64,000 nucleotides of DNA from Bugula neritina. Its lineage: Eukaryota; Animalia; Bryozoa. This document shows, piece by piece, positions 23,847-36,714 of the stretch. The notes under the pieces were generated by a model. It ran no database searches. It saw only the letters and a program-made list of their open reading frames with translations, and was not told the DNA's origin. The DNA is taken from assembly GCA_964035545.1 (NCBI GenBank), contig OZ037765.1, positions 29,077,504 through 29,141,503 on the forward strand. Direction: 5' to 3'. The translations under genes and the position numbers were made by a program. How positions within the stretch are numbered: position 1 is the stretch's first letter; each line of letters starts with the position of its first letter.

Positions 23847-24913
23847 GCGGCTGTTTTTCCAAATTGCAAGCTTAAAAATTCAGACTGCTAAACTAAGACC
23901 TTGCTTGAAATTTAGATACTTCGTTTGGTTCGTATTGGAAGAGAAGACAACTCTATAGTTATTTGCTACTAATAAAGTTCTGCAGTTATTTAGTTACTTT
24001 GCTTGCAATATAATATTTGCAGTTTTCATAAACTTTTTCTTTCTTCTTAAAGCTCATGAACTAAGCTGCATATCTAATGCTGTCAACTTTCACAATCTAG
24101 CTCTGTAAGCTGAGTGATTAATTCAAATATTTCTTTATAATTATTTGTCCCTGTCATACATAAAGTTGTGATAGTAATAACAATTATAGTTGAAATTTGA
24201 ATTTTCTTTTATTACAGAACTATTTTATTTTTATACTATTTTGTAGTTAGTCTTTAATAAAATAAACTAACAAAGAATTCAACAAACTTTCTTAAAGCCT
24301 TTACTGTTATAATTGTTAACTTTATTTATTTTATAAAGTAAATAAAATCTTTGCAGACACATACACAAACACAACTGCAAATACATAAAATACAGTTTGC
24401 AAGCTTGTGTAACTTAGCAATGATGCCAAGTTTGTTTAAAGCTGAAGTAATTTGATTTCAAGATCGTGATTCATGAAATTACATGCAATTATTGACTGCA
24501 GTGCACATACGTGCGTGCCTATAACAGCATGAAATACATTTTCAACACAAAGACTTTAATGAATTATAATTATATATACTGCGCATACACGTTATCATAT
24601 TTATGAACCATGAAAATGGCGTTTTTTTAAATGAAATCGATATACCTAAAGGCAAGTGTACTTTGCAGCTTTCAGTTTCAGCCTATGCTATTTATTATTA
24701 TTATAACAGCTATAATTCTTATTGTATAGCTTTTTACATGACACTTACAGCATCAAGAAATAGCTTATTTTTTAGTTTTATTTACTTTTATTTATTGTTG
24801 AACCAAAATTGTAACATCTAGTATGAGTAACACGCAGGACATAGCACATAGTTATTTGCTGTACTATTGCTGTAACCAACACAATCCTAACTGAAATATT
24901 ACAATGCAGTGTC

Positions 24914-26552
24914 TTATAACTCATCTCTGTAATCATCTTCGTCTTCGTCAGCCTCTTCTTCAGTGTAGCTGGTACCTTTACCATCCTTCCAGCTTCCAGG
25001 CTCCAGCATAGCTGACAGGCCCCCTCCACAGCTGTTCAGCTTCTTGTGACTTTCATCAACACAAAGTAGGTCAAACAAAGGCTTTTCTTTACCCTTACTG
25101 GCTGCCACCATCTCATATATGTCGTACTCATCAAACTCTCCCATCAGCTCTTTGCATCTGTTGGCTAACCTGTCAATCATAATGTTATATAATCTAATAT
25201 ACTATAACATGATATAATATATAATATAATATAATACAATATAATATACTATAATATAATATGTAATATATGGTAATATAATATAACATAACATGATCTA
25301 ACATGACCTAATATAATATATTTTAATGCAAGAATATAACCTAGTATATCATACTTTAATATAATGTGTTGTAATATAATATGATATAACATATACATGC
25401 ATATAATAGAATATAATATAATGTAATACATCATCATAGAAAAAAGTTTACAACTAAATACAGTAAAATATGATACAATAAAATCTAATACTTAGTAGGT
25501 AAACAAAATAATGTTACATTTGCGGAGTTGCCATGAGTCACTTTGAATTAATAAGTGGGAGTTGTGTCCTTACTACAAAGTCTTGACAAACCTGACTGGC
25601 CACTTTCCTCCTCCCATAATCATTCCTGGAGCTTCGTCCGCTTTGAGACCAGGTCCTGAGAGCTTCGTCTTGCCATTCACATTCTTCACTCCATAGCTGA
25701 CAAGTAATCGGAGAAAATGATTAATGCATTCTTGTATAAAATATTCTTCAATATGAATTTTTTATTCCACTATAAATAGCAAAAGTTTGAATTTATGAAA
25801 CAGTTATTGTTATTTATTTGATTTGAAAACATGTATATTTTAACTATTACTTAATTAAAATTATAGTATATTTATTATGTTTTTATAATAGAAGTATGCT
25901 TTAAATCTGATTTTCTAACCTGTTAAATATGTCGACAACACAAATTCCATCCATTAAGTCTAAAAGCTCAGATTCAGATTTCATCTTGTTTTTAGGATAT
26001 TTCATCTTGTGAAAGTTCCAAATCATTTTGTTTATCTGAATTCAAAACAATAAATACGGTATAGGTTAACTTTCTGACATTCGGGTTACACAAACCTATA
26101 ACTATTATTATACCAAAAATTACGTTTTAAAGCAAAACTATATTATGGTAAAACACCTATGCAAGTTTATGAAAAATAATATTAAGCCAAAACACAAGCA
26201 AAACTCACTTAAAGTTAGAATAATGTATTTCTGTTTTGAAACACAACATAAAACGTATTATGGCTAATGAATGCTACAATATTTACTTTTTTAATAATTA
26301 AAAACTGCTTTTTGAAACTTAATTAGAATTAACAAATATATATCTATCTTAAATATTTTTACTACATACCGTGTGGGATATTGCTTTGCATCCTTCACAA
26401 TTTAAAGTTGTTGGCACGTGGTTAGACCATTGAGATTCATCATCTAATTCTGGTGGTTTGAAACTCATTTTAGTTTTGCCGCTATGTGCAGTGTTTAAAA
26501 GCATACCAAGCAACCCAATGGCTGCTATGCTGTGCACAAAAATTCTATTCAT
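24914..26552 (-). CDS. MZB1: MZB1/pERp1 (canopy-family, saposin-like) ER-luminal chaperone, 219 aa
   Basis: Exons 26552-26370, 26035-25920, 25696-25592 and 25169-24914 total 660 nt in frame. The protein has a signal peptide, SNHVPTTLNCEGCKAI (CxxC), YGVKNVNGKTKLSGPGL, GGKWPVRLANRC...GEFDEYDIYE and a C-terminal RDEL. These match the MZB1 motif order as I recall it. Confidence 0.9.
25181..25436. repeat. (ATAAT)n-like degenerate microsatellite
   Basis: Pentamer runs in MZB1 intron 3. A similar tract lies at about 36890-36980. Confidence 0.8.
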
Positions 26553-27010
26553 GGTATTTTTTTTCAATCTAGTATATCCTTTAACTTTTTCACCAACAGT
26601 CCAACCACTTAGGATTATGTGATTACTTTATTTAAATCAACTAGACGTGCTGCATAACATTACGTCATGCATGATGCAAAGTACATAACGCTATCAATTT
26701 TTACTATTTAAAATTTTAAACTATAATAAACTTAATGAAATGACATGTTTATATTGAGGGCATGGGTTTATAGTGCTAACATTTATTTGATTGGTTACTC
26801 ACGTGTGATGTCATAGAGCGGTTATTTAGCACATGTTTGTAATAAAGCAGTGCATAACAACTGATGGCAGGTAATTTAGTATGGGCAGACTAGATACTAA
26901 TAGCAAGCACTAATATTACACATTAGCAGCAAAAGCTAATCTAATCTTAGAAGTTTCTACTGCAGGATTCTCATAATAGCGCTGAACGCCTGGTGTTGAT
27001 CAACAACAAT

Positions 27011-30000
27011 ATGAGTAAAGGGGATAAAGTCAGCATTGAATTGGTTGGAGGACCTCCCTGGGGATTCAGACTAGGTGGAGGAGCTGACTTTGAATGCCCT
27101 TTAGAGATTGCTAAGGTTAGTAAAAAATAAAATCAGATTAGTAAGTTATTAGCACTACTAAAAGCAGATCTACACCAATATTATTGTCATGTAACTTCTA
27201 GCTGCTATACTCCTTTTGTTTTCGAGTTATTGGAGTCATTTATCCATTGGTTTGGTGAAGTATAAATTAGTAAGTTAAAAATTTTATTATGGTTTTAATT
27301 ATAACTTCAGAATATTAACTGACTAACGCAATATAATTTTTTACAAAACTTCAAGTTTTAAGTAGACTAAATAAAAAGAAGATCATTAAGGTAGTTTTAT
27401 TATTTGATTGACTCCTAATAGCATTATCGAACTAATTAATAATTAAGTGAATTTTGGCTCCAATTAGTTATATATTTCACATGACATATTTAGTTCTGCA
27501 ATCCATAGATCAAGTTTAGGACTGATTACTAGCTCTGAATGTTGTCTTTGACTGTATATTTTAGTAGTGTGCCCATGTTATTGCCATCCTCTTAATGTAT
27601 GTACATCACCTGCGCAAGTTCCAACCTTACCAAATGATATAAGAATTACAAATGAGTGACAAACTAAGTGAAAGTTGATTTATGAATAATTTTGGTAGTA
27701 TCAGCTCTGTTTTGACTCTAGTTACAGCATGGTGGACCTTGAGTCAAGTCAAGAGACATAAATCCAATATAGTAGTCAAATCGAAGCCAAAATTACTAAA
27801 TTAGCGGAGATGGAAGAGCATAAGAATCACTGTTATTATTGACTTCTACCACCTTTAGGACACCAGCTTAACGAGCCTCTGAAACAAATCTATCAGCTAA
27901 TTCAGTATTTTTGCATCACTAGTCCCAATTAAATAATTTTAGATTAGGTTATATTACTATTATATCATGACTAATTATACAACTTAAGCGCTGAGTAGAA
28001 GTGCACTCTATGAAGCACGCACTAAGCCTAGGGCCACACGGTGCGTATTTTCGCATGCGAAAATTAAAATCACGAGTAGCAAAGGTGTCCACTGTAGCGT
28101 CAGTGATGCGTGATAAATAAAGCTTTCATTTTTAAATCGCACTCGCTTTCAATAAAACGCAATTTACTGGAATATAGCACTAAATGAAGAAATTGGGCTC
28201 GCTGAATTGCTACCAGCCAATTAGGTGACGACGACAGAGATGATTCGCGCTTGCGTTGAAAATGCAGAGCGACAAGTGCGAAGGTTTTCTCAACGCGCAC
28301 AGTGGACACCTTTGCTACTTGTGATTTCAACTTTCGCATGCGAAAATACGCACCGTGTGGCCCTAGGCTAAGCTGCCGATATACTAGCAGACTGTACTGC
28401 AGGTAATTGATGCCGTAACACACTTGATAAATCCTCTCTTACAGTTTACATTTAGGATTAGAAGTAAAATCAAGTCTGTTTACTCTTCTATACAATAATT
28501 CAAGTGCGGGTTAAGTGGGGCCTATAAGGTTCGCAAATACAGTAATAAAAAACTGTTAGAGCTAACGAAAATCACAGTCTATATTAACATGCTTAGAATG
28601 GTGGCAAGGTTATGTAATGAAAGGATAAACGCTGGTGGTCAAATACTTGAAGCTAATTTGGTAAAATGAGATCAAATTTGCACAATTCCTCCACCAAGCA
28701 ACTTCTCTTATGGCTTAGCTGTGGGAAATGGACATTATAGTTACTTTTTACTAGCTAAACACTCAGCGAAGCATATAATATCATAGGAGCCATGATTTAT
28801 GTGTTGCAACAAGTCTATTTTTTACATAAGTTCAAGCTAAATCTCCCCACTACAAGCTCACCGCAGCTATGTTATACTTATGCTGCACATCAGCAAGCTA
28901 TATCTTCTACTCTAGCCAGCTGTATAAAAGTACTAGATAATATAGAAATACTTTCTTGCTTATAACAAGTTGTATGGGTATTAATGAATGTGCTCCTTCT
29001 ATATATTATATTGCAAGAGTTAAACTCACTTGCAGATTCTGAACTCAATGTTTATTCATTTGGTAAACAAACGAAACAAGTTATACAGAATTCTTGTTGT
29101 AGAAATGGCAAAACATGTTCATAATAGTTCATATACTTTTAGGCATGTGCATTAATTGGGATTCATTTATTTTCTTTAAACCATAAACCTAAGAGTCTAA
29201 ACTTCCTTAATAATGCTGCTTTGAAATACAAATGGCTACAGGGCTGCAGGCTATAAATACACTTTTTTTTCAAAAGTTTGTATATATTTACTACAAATCT
29301 AAAACAAAGTTTCATTGCACTAAAAATATAATACTATTATCTGTCAAAGAATCTGATATTAATTTTTCTGATTTATCTTCAAAACTGTTGTTTAAAAACA
29401 TGTCATGGAGCAACTGTGATTCTTCACCTGAGAATGAGTCCACAAGACTATTATTAATGGAGTTGAGCTTTTCATTGCATTGTCAATAACTAAACTCTTC
29501 ATACTTCAGCTGAGAAGACGAAGCAAAGCGTTCAGTGCCGGGCTAGCAGAAGGCGATGTTGTCACCAACATTGATCACCAAGAGGTCTCCAGCAAGAGTC
29601 ATGGAGATGCTATGAAAATTATAGAGCTCGCTGGCCCAACACTTTACCTCGAAATAGTCAAGTATGTAACGGAGCCAATTAACTGTAAATAGTTCCCAGT
29701 TTAGTGACTCACCCTGTTTTACTCCTCCTTTAATTGCACATCTGACTGAAAAAGTTAACATTCGGAACTCATTAGCAGTGTGCAGTGAGATTTAACAGTG
29801 CACTGCTAATTATTTAGCTTCTGTTTGGTAAGTGTAACACTTTGCTGTTACTAGAAGCTACTAGAAGCAGCACCAAGTTAGTGGTTATTGAGTGCAGTAG
29901 CTTGAGATCTCAAGTTAGGGGTTAGGGTTCAGAGTTCTAACTTGAACTTCAAACCCCAAACCCCCCACTCCAAACCCGAGATTTCAAGCTGCTGCACTCA

Positions 30001-33000
30001 ATAACCACTAACTTGGTGCTGCTTCTAGCAACTTTCATTGCGTACAGAAATATTATAGCTCTTTCTTAGCTTGGACTTAGAATCTTTGAATTGAATTTTG
30101 GGATTGAAATTTCGGATTACCATATTTTGTAATCTCTCATGCTAAAAGCTGCTTCCAGAACTAACACTATTAAAAATAGTTACAATTTTTCATCCAATTT
30201 ACACTTTGTCAATAGGTGTGTCGTGGCTATAAGTAAAATCTCAATTATGACATTTCCTCTAGCCCTTAGTTCTAACAGCTAGTTGTTTGAGTAGCGATAC
30301 TAAGAGAACAGATGCTATTTATAAAGACTACCAGGGTACAGCTCCATTTTCTCTGTACCTAAAATAAGTTCTTGCGTCACAACCATCTCAATAGATACAA
30401 TCTACAGCCATTACAGCTTGGGATTTTTTAGTTTCTTGAACTATTACTTGCACCTCACTTCGCTAACTTAGTTTTAATACAACATTTTGAGCTATACCTG
30501 AGTAATGTGTTCTCTAATTGCCCTGTGTATACACTAATTACTTGATTAATTATGCAATAAGGCTACTAATAAATGCATGGGGTGTATAATATCTTATGCC
30601 TTGACTTTTTCTTGGCATATAAGCAAACTTTATGAAGGTAGCCATGTATGCTAAAATATTCAAATGAATATCATGTGAATACATCTGGTAAAAGATAAAT
30701 GTTAAAACAAGAGATTTAGGCATTTCTTATCTATCTTTTGGCAGGAGCATTCTACTTCTCATGTTCCAGAAGTTTAAAGTAGATTGGTGATATATATTGT
30801 CAAGGATAAAATCCATTGGTATCATAAACAGCATTATACTACTGTATGTACATATACATGTGCATGGCATATACATATGCATCATTTACGGTATAATGTA
30901 ATATATTCACAGCTGTATTTTGTATGTTAATTTAGAGGTGTGGGACCCTCAGCAAACCTTGCGAACTCCTCCATAATGAGTGAGAGTATGAGTGAGAGTG
31001 TGACTGATGGCTCAGTTGCTATGACTACAAGCAACAACAACTATATACAAGAGCAGCGGCCTGTGACGGCCACAATAGTGAGAAGTAGCAGAGAGCCAAG
31101 TATCTCTAGAATTGAGCTGGCAAGAGAGAGAAGTATACCCAGGACTGTGAATATTATCCCTTCATCAACTATTAAGGTAGTAATCAGACAGATATACACA
31201 TTATCAGTTGTCAGTGTCAAGGGCTCCCTCCACCCTTTTTCTTGGGTTTCTTTAAAATTAATAGTTCTCTCACTCTAATAACTTACTGCACAGACTCAAC
31301 AATAATTTAGGTAGCTGAGTGAAATTTCTAATGGAAAGTCTCTCTGTGGATAGTTTAACATAAATCCTGTGATATATAATATATTTAATATAATATGATT
31401 AATGCTTAGAGGATTAGCATAGCTTCCACATCTCAATGTGATTCTAAATCTTGCACATCGCTTAAAGTAGTATAATAGTTATATTGAATAATCTTGTAGC
31501 TTAATATTGTACTAAAATTGTAAACCAGAAGTCGTTTGTTGGCATTGCATAAACTGTGCACGTGCCTGCATTTAAAATCCTTCTTCTTGCTTGATCTCCT
31601 CCATGTGTCTTGTTTGTATCTGTAGAATGCAAGTTCTGCAAACACTATGTCTGAGCCATGGACAGTTGATGTAACGTCTTACCAGTTTACTGAGCCTGTG
31701 TCTGCACCAAAACAATCTCAGCTTGCTGTTCAACCTAAGCAGCCACCACCGGTTTCCCCCAAACCAAAGTTTAAAGCCAAGTCTTTACCAAGAGAACCTG
31801 TTGCTAGCCAGAGTAAAAGCTGCCCAGTTATACAGAGTTGGGGCATGCCGCCCACCAACCCTGTGTTGCAAAACGCATGGAGTCCTGCAACATCAACCTC
31901 TGCTCAACCTCTGTCATTAGATCAGAATTCTAATGTTCAATCTAAACCTTCACCGGTGTTCAAAGTCTCTAAAGTAAATGCTAAGCCCCAGAGATGGCAG
32001 CCAACAACAATGCTTAATGTTTCCTATGATAACCCGAGGCACCAGTTTAATAGTTCTGGTAAGTAGCAGGATTATGCAGTGGCTCTCACACTCACTCACA
32101 GACACCACTCATATACTTATAAGTAACTATCTCATAAAGTTCTGTATTTTGCTAAAATAACTCCAAGATCAAAGGTGGATCTTGTTTTTACAACTGAGAA
32201 ATTAGCATCAATTTGACAAAGTGGCTATTGTATCAAATCAAAGTCAGTTTAACTTTAGCACAAAAACTAGAAGTGCCTATGTTTAAGAACACTGCATATA
32301 GTTTATAGTAAAAGTTGAAAAAGTATTAGGTTCAGCATAAAAGTATTAAAAACATTTTAAATTTATATGGGCTTACCCTTTCCTTATACCCCAAGACATT
32401 TGAAGTTGCCATAGAATGTTTATTAAAACATTATAAAGTTGGTGAAGAAAGTTTATTTATGAAGATTTTTTTCTCTAATAGTTTAGCTGCTAATAAAGCC
32501 TGTTATATTTGTGCAACTTTAGATGTAGCTACACCACAGGCATCCTATCCTTCAGCCATGTCGCAGTCTTACGACTACTCTACATATTCTCCCTCAAAGC
32601 CTCCAGCAATGCCCACAACAAATCTGATGATGACAGTGACTCCTTCAGCGGCAGCAGTGGTGCCACAACCCCCACCCAATTATTCACCTGCACCCCCTTC
32701 TATGATGTCTCCACCCTCATCAAGAAAGCCAGCTAATCACATACCAGGAATGGTAAACCCTTTGATATGCGATGACACCCAGGGTGATTTCGGAGCCAAT
32801 CCTTTAGTGAGACCAAATAGTGAGTAGTAACTTTATAGTCTACTGTTTTAGGAGTTCGGCATACGTGATTTGACTCTAGTTCAATTGAAAATTAGTGATG
32901 GAGTTTTTAACGCCAATTAAAACCTTATTCCAATATTGTAATTGAACTGTGATTTTAATAATTCTATAGTTAGTTGGTATATGAAGCTAAAGTATAAAAA

Positions 33001-35614
33001 CTTGGAAATTGAAAAAATAAAACTGTAGCAATGGCATATCAAATGCATTCTGTAGATATATATTTGACCCTGTATCTAATCCCGTGTTTTGATGATAAAA
33101 TTATTGCAGCTAACGATGAACCTCACAAAGCTAGTAAGTGGAGTTGAAAAACATATCAATTATGATTGATGGTTGTCAATGGCTGATTATTTCATTATAA
33201 ATATATTTTAAATGTTATGGTTTGTTGCTAGAATAACCCCCATAAAGACCACTGCTTTTACCTGAAAACTGGCTGCAATTTTGTGCATTTAAATAATATA
33301 TCGAAAACCAAATGTTAGTTTTACTTTGTTGGCAAAAATCTATAACTGCAACAAGTAGAAGTCTCAAGTTTCCCACTTTGTCTCTACACTAATATTGAAT
33401 TCCTTTAGTTTAATCTCAAAATACATAGTTTACTAATCTCATGACATTGGTATGATTTAGTGCACAAGATTGTAGCCACCATGTAGTTTAATATTAACAG
33501 CACTTTTTGGTGTTACCACTTTCCCTTAGCTTTTAGCAGTAATTGATATTAACCTTGTGATGTATGAAATCGTAACATAGAACTCTAAAAGCTCTTTTAT
33601 ACTTTGATAATGTAAATAAATTAAACAGCTCTGTTTTCAACCTGTTAAGACCTTTTTATCTAGTTTTTATCTTCCTCTTCAGAACTAGATGTTATAAATC
33701 TTTAGCCCTGTGACTTAGATCAAATAAAGTTTATAGCCAGAAAATGCATGAACCATAAAGATGCTTATCAATGGTTTTATGACCAATTAGTTTATTTTTA
33801 GTTTTGGTGGCCAATGTAATTTTAATTGAACTGTTATTCTATCGAATAATTATTAGTGAATGACAGAATTTTAATACATCTTCACAACTCATATTTCAAA
33901 GCCCAAGGTAATTCCTTTGGAAATTCTAATTACAGAAAAACTCTACTCGGATTCTACTTTCTACGACTCTCCAAGTCATACGTATCCCACAATTCAAGAG
34001 CAAGTTGCTATGGCCAGAGAAATTTCCAATTTCTTAGAATCGAATCACAACAAAAGGTCACGCGGAGGTCGCATGTTCTCCAAAAGGAAAGAAAAGGCAA
34101 ATGAATGGTCGATGGATAGCCAAGGTCAGAAGAAAGCGCTTCAGCAAACTGGTCAGTTTGATGATCTCTACTCCGACAGACCTACTTTCTCTATGAGGAG
34201 CAAAGAGTTTGGCTACAATCAAGTTCGACATCATCCAAACCCCATCAAGTCAAAGATAGATGCTGCCGAGTTGGAGCAAATACAGCACAACCAGGATTCC
34301 TTGTGCAAGCATGATACGCTGCCTCCCAACCTTGCTTTCGATGTTAACCATGCACTTGCTGAGTCGCATGGCAAAGCTGGACAGTTTTTTGAGAAACGCC
34401 GACAGAGGGCGGAGAAATATATCGTTGATGAGAATAACAGGAAAAATTGGTACCCGAACAGCACCAACTTACAAGTTCAGATTAATCAGCCCGAGAATCA
34501 CTCACAATCTCACTCAACACCAACAAAGCCTTACGTATCTCCTTGGGATGCAGCTGCGCAAGGAAACTTAGAATTGGCCTATCAAACTATGCCACAGCCT
34601 AATAATCTGAAGTATCAACAAACACCATTGGCTAATTCATATGTCCAGCAGCCATTGAATGTTATTACTGACCAATCAAATGCGAGGAATGGGCCTCAAC
34701 TCAATGTTAAATATAAAACTATAAAGCCTGTAAAACCTTCACCTGGAATTAGCAACTACAGCTCTCCAATAAGTAACACACTACCTAGAAGGAAGACACG
34801 GCTAGATATGATGATTGAAGGCAACAGCGGATCCTACTATGATTCATCAGCTAATAACAGTAACATCCATACTAACCTCAACTACAGTACTTTAGGTACA
34901 GTACACACTTACAGCAATAAAGTGCAGTATAACAGCCACATTTATATATACTATATTATATATACCACACATATTATGCAATATACAGTAAAACTGGTCT
35001 TGAATTTATTTAATATATTGTTATTTAGTCAAAACACTAAGGATTAATTATCACTACACTGTACCATTGCTTATTACTTTCATCTTTACTAATAGATAAA
35101 ACAATATAAATGCATGCAAATGTGTTTGCACATATTATATGTTTTCATGTGTAGGTAGTAATTGTGTATGATATAATATATATGCATTGTGTGTATGTGT
35201 GCCATGCATATGTAATGTTGCATGAATTTAGTGCCTACCTTAAACTCACATAAAATTATATGCATAGCTATAACTTGAACTATATTTCTAAGGAAACACA
35301 AGTAACCATAATGTCGGTCAGGCAATTCTTACGAATATCATGATTATTTTACTATGTAATAGAACTAAGGCATCAAGAGTCATATGATCTTATTTTTAGG
35401 CATGCAGGACTCAGCTCCACCTGGCAGCATGACCCAAAGTCAGCCTGCTGCTTTTTCTCCAATGACCAACTTCTCTAGACCTCAGGGTGATGGCAACTAT
35501 CAGTCTAATAACTTTACTCACAATACACTGACCATGAGTAGCCTTAGGAGACCAAAGGACTACATGCCTCAGCAACAGGCACGCTCAGCGAGTGCGACCG
35601 TATCTGCATTCTAA
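27011..35614 (+). CDS. Synaptopodin-2 (myopodin)-like protein: N-terminal PDZ, Pro/Ser-rich linker and calsarcin/synaptopodin motifs, 800 aa
   Basis: Exons 27011-27115, 29510-29661, 30936-31176, 31626-32058, 32523-32819, 33936-34895 and 35400-35614 total 2403 nt in frame. The PDZ (GGPPWGFRLGGGADF...SKAFSAGLAEGDVV) is of the PDLIM/SYNPO2 class. Other motifs are SRGGRMFSKRKEKA, GKAGQFFEKRRQRAEKYIVDE, YVSPWDAA and a PPxY (PPNY). No LIM domain is present. Confidence 0.85.
28026..28368. mobile_element. MITE, PIF/Harbinger (Tourist)-like, 343 bp
   Basis: Near-perfect terminal inverted repeats of about 70 bp (gcctagggccacacggtgcgtattttcgcatgcgaaa... / ...tttcgcatgcgaaaatacgcaccgtgtggccctaggc). TAA flanks both sides (28023-28025, 28369-28371). 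The interior is non-coding. Confidence 0.88.
29861..30028. mobile_element. Short foldback/MITE-like element with telomere-like GTTAGGG units inside
   Basis: 51-bp inverted arms (29861-29911 and 29978-30028, 2 mismatches) surround gttaggggttaggg...aaaccccaaacccc. A TA target duplication is possible. Confidence 0.75.
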
Positions 35615-36714
35615 AATCGTGATGAACACCCAAAATAAGCAATGAAACTGTCTTATTAATATAACCCTAGACTTATCATAATGTCTGCATTATTGCAGAG
35701 GCAATTAAAGCATTCAACACCCATCTATACTGTGCTCTAAGCTTGCATGAAGCTTCATATACCGTACTCTCTGTGTTCTCCATCTTAATTACGATACCTA
35801 GATTATTATTTTTATATTTTCCTGACATTTCTAACCATGTGTACACTAACATTGCTACGTTTTACTTTTGTTTATGCAGTGCTATATAAAATGTTTCTTA
35901 ATAGCATAACTTTTGCAGCCAATGCGGGTGGGTTGCTGACCGCTCCCTACAGAATTTGAATTTTATGATACATTTACTCCTAAGCTGTTGTAGTCTCATT
36001 AGCATTTTGTGATTGTACATCCTATACTGTAGCCAATTAGGAAAGTAATTTGTTCTCCAGTTAATAAAGTATATATCAACCATCAAACCTTGTTTCACTT
36101 AACTACAAGTACCTAATTAATCAGTAGAGGTCACTGGTAGACACTTCTACTAAAAAGAGCACAGTCACGAGAGTACAACTCCCAAATCTGGTCAAAATGT
36201 TGCAGTTTCTTAAAAAAATTTTCAAATTATTTTTTTTGTTTCTTATTGATTTATTACTGGGAAGTCATAAGACTTCCATAATCACAAATACAGGAAATCT
36301 TTTGCGTTAACATAAAAATAATCTAAAAATATTATAATCTGGATGGGATGATAAAGTAATAAGAGATGTAAGTTTGTCATGAATATAACACTGCTGCACC
36401 AAGTTAACTCAAGTACGCTAACTCAAAACTAGAGAAGCAAACCAGAAAATTTAAACAAAGCTAACACGAAAATGAAACAATTAGGTATAAATTCAACAGC
36501 TGTACAAAAATAAAACATGTAAAAATTATTACTTATTGTTTTTTGAACACAGCAAAATTATGCTGCTGTTAACTTTTTATTAAGGGCACAAACGTTCTTT
36601 AGAGAAATGGCATCTAATAGGTAGCACTCATACTGTTGTTACTACGCTTCAAACTCACAAAGTTTAGCATACACTAACTCGTACAGCTTAACATCACATA
36701 TGCTCATGGTTGCG

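Noticed and set aside
28100-28423. 107-aa ORF as a transposase
   Set aside because: It lies within a 343-bp MITE and has no DDE or Myb-like motifs.
27011-35614. Calling the PDZ gene a PDLIM/Zasp orthologue
   Set aside because: No LIM domain is encoded before the stop at 35614, and the C-terminal motifs fit the synaptopodin/calsarcin type better.
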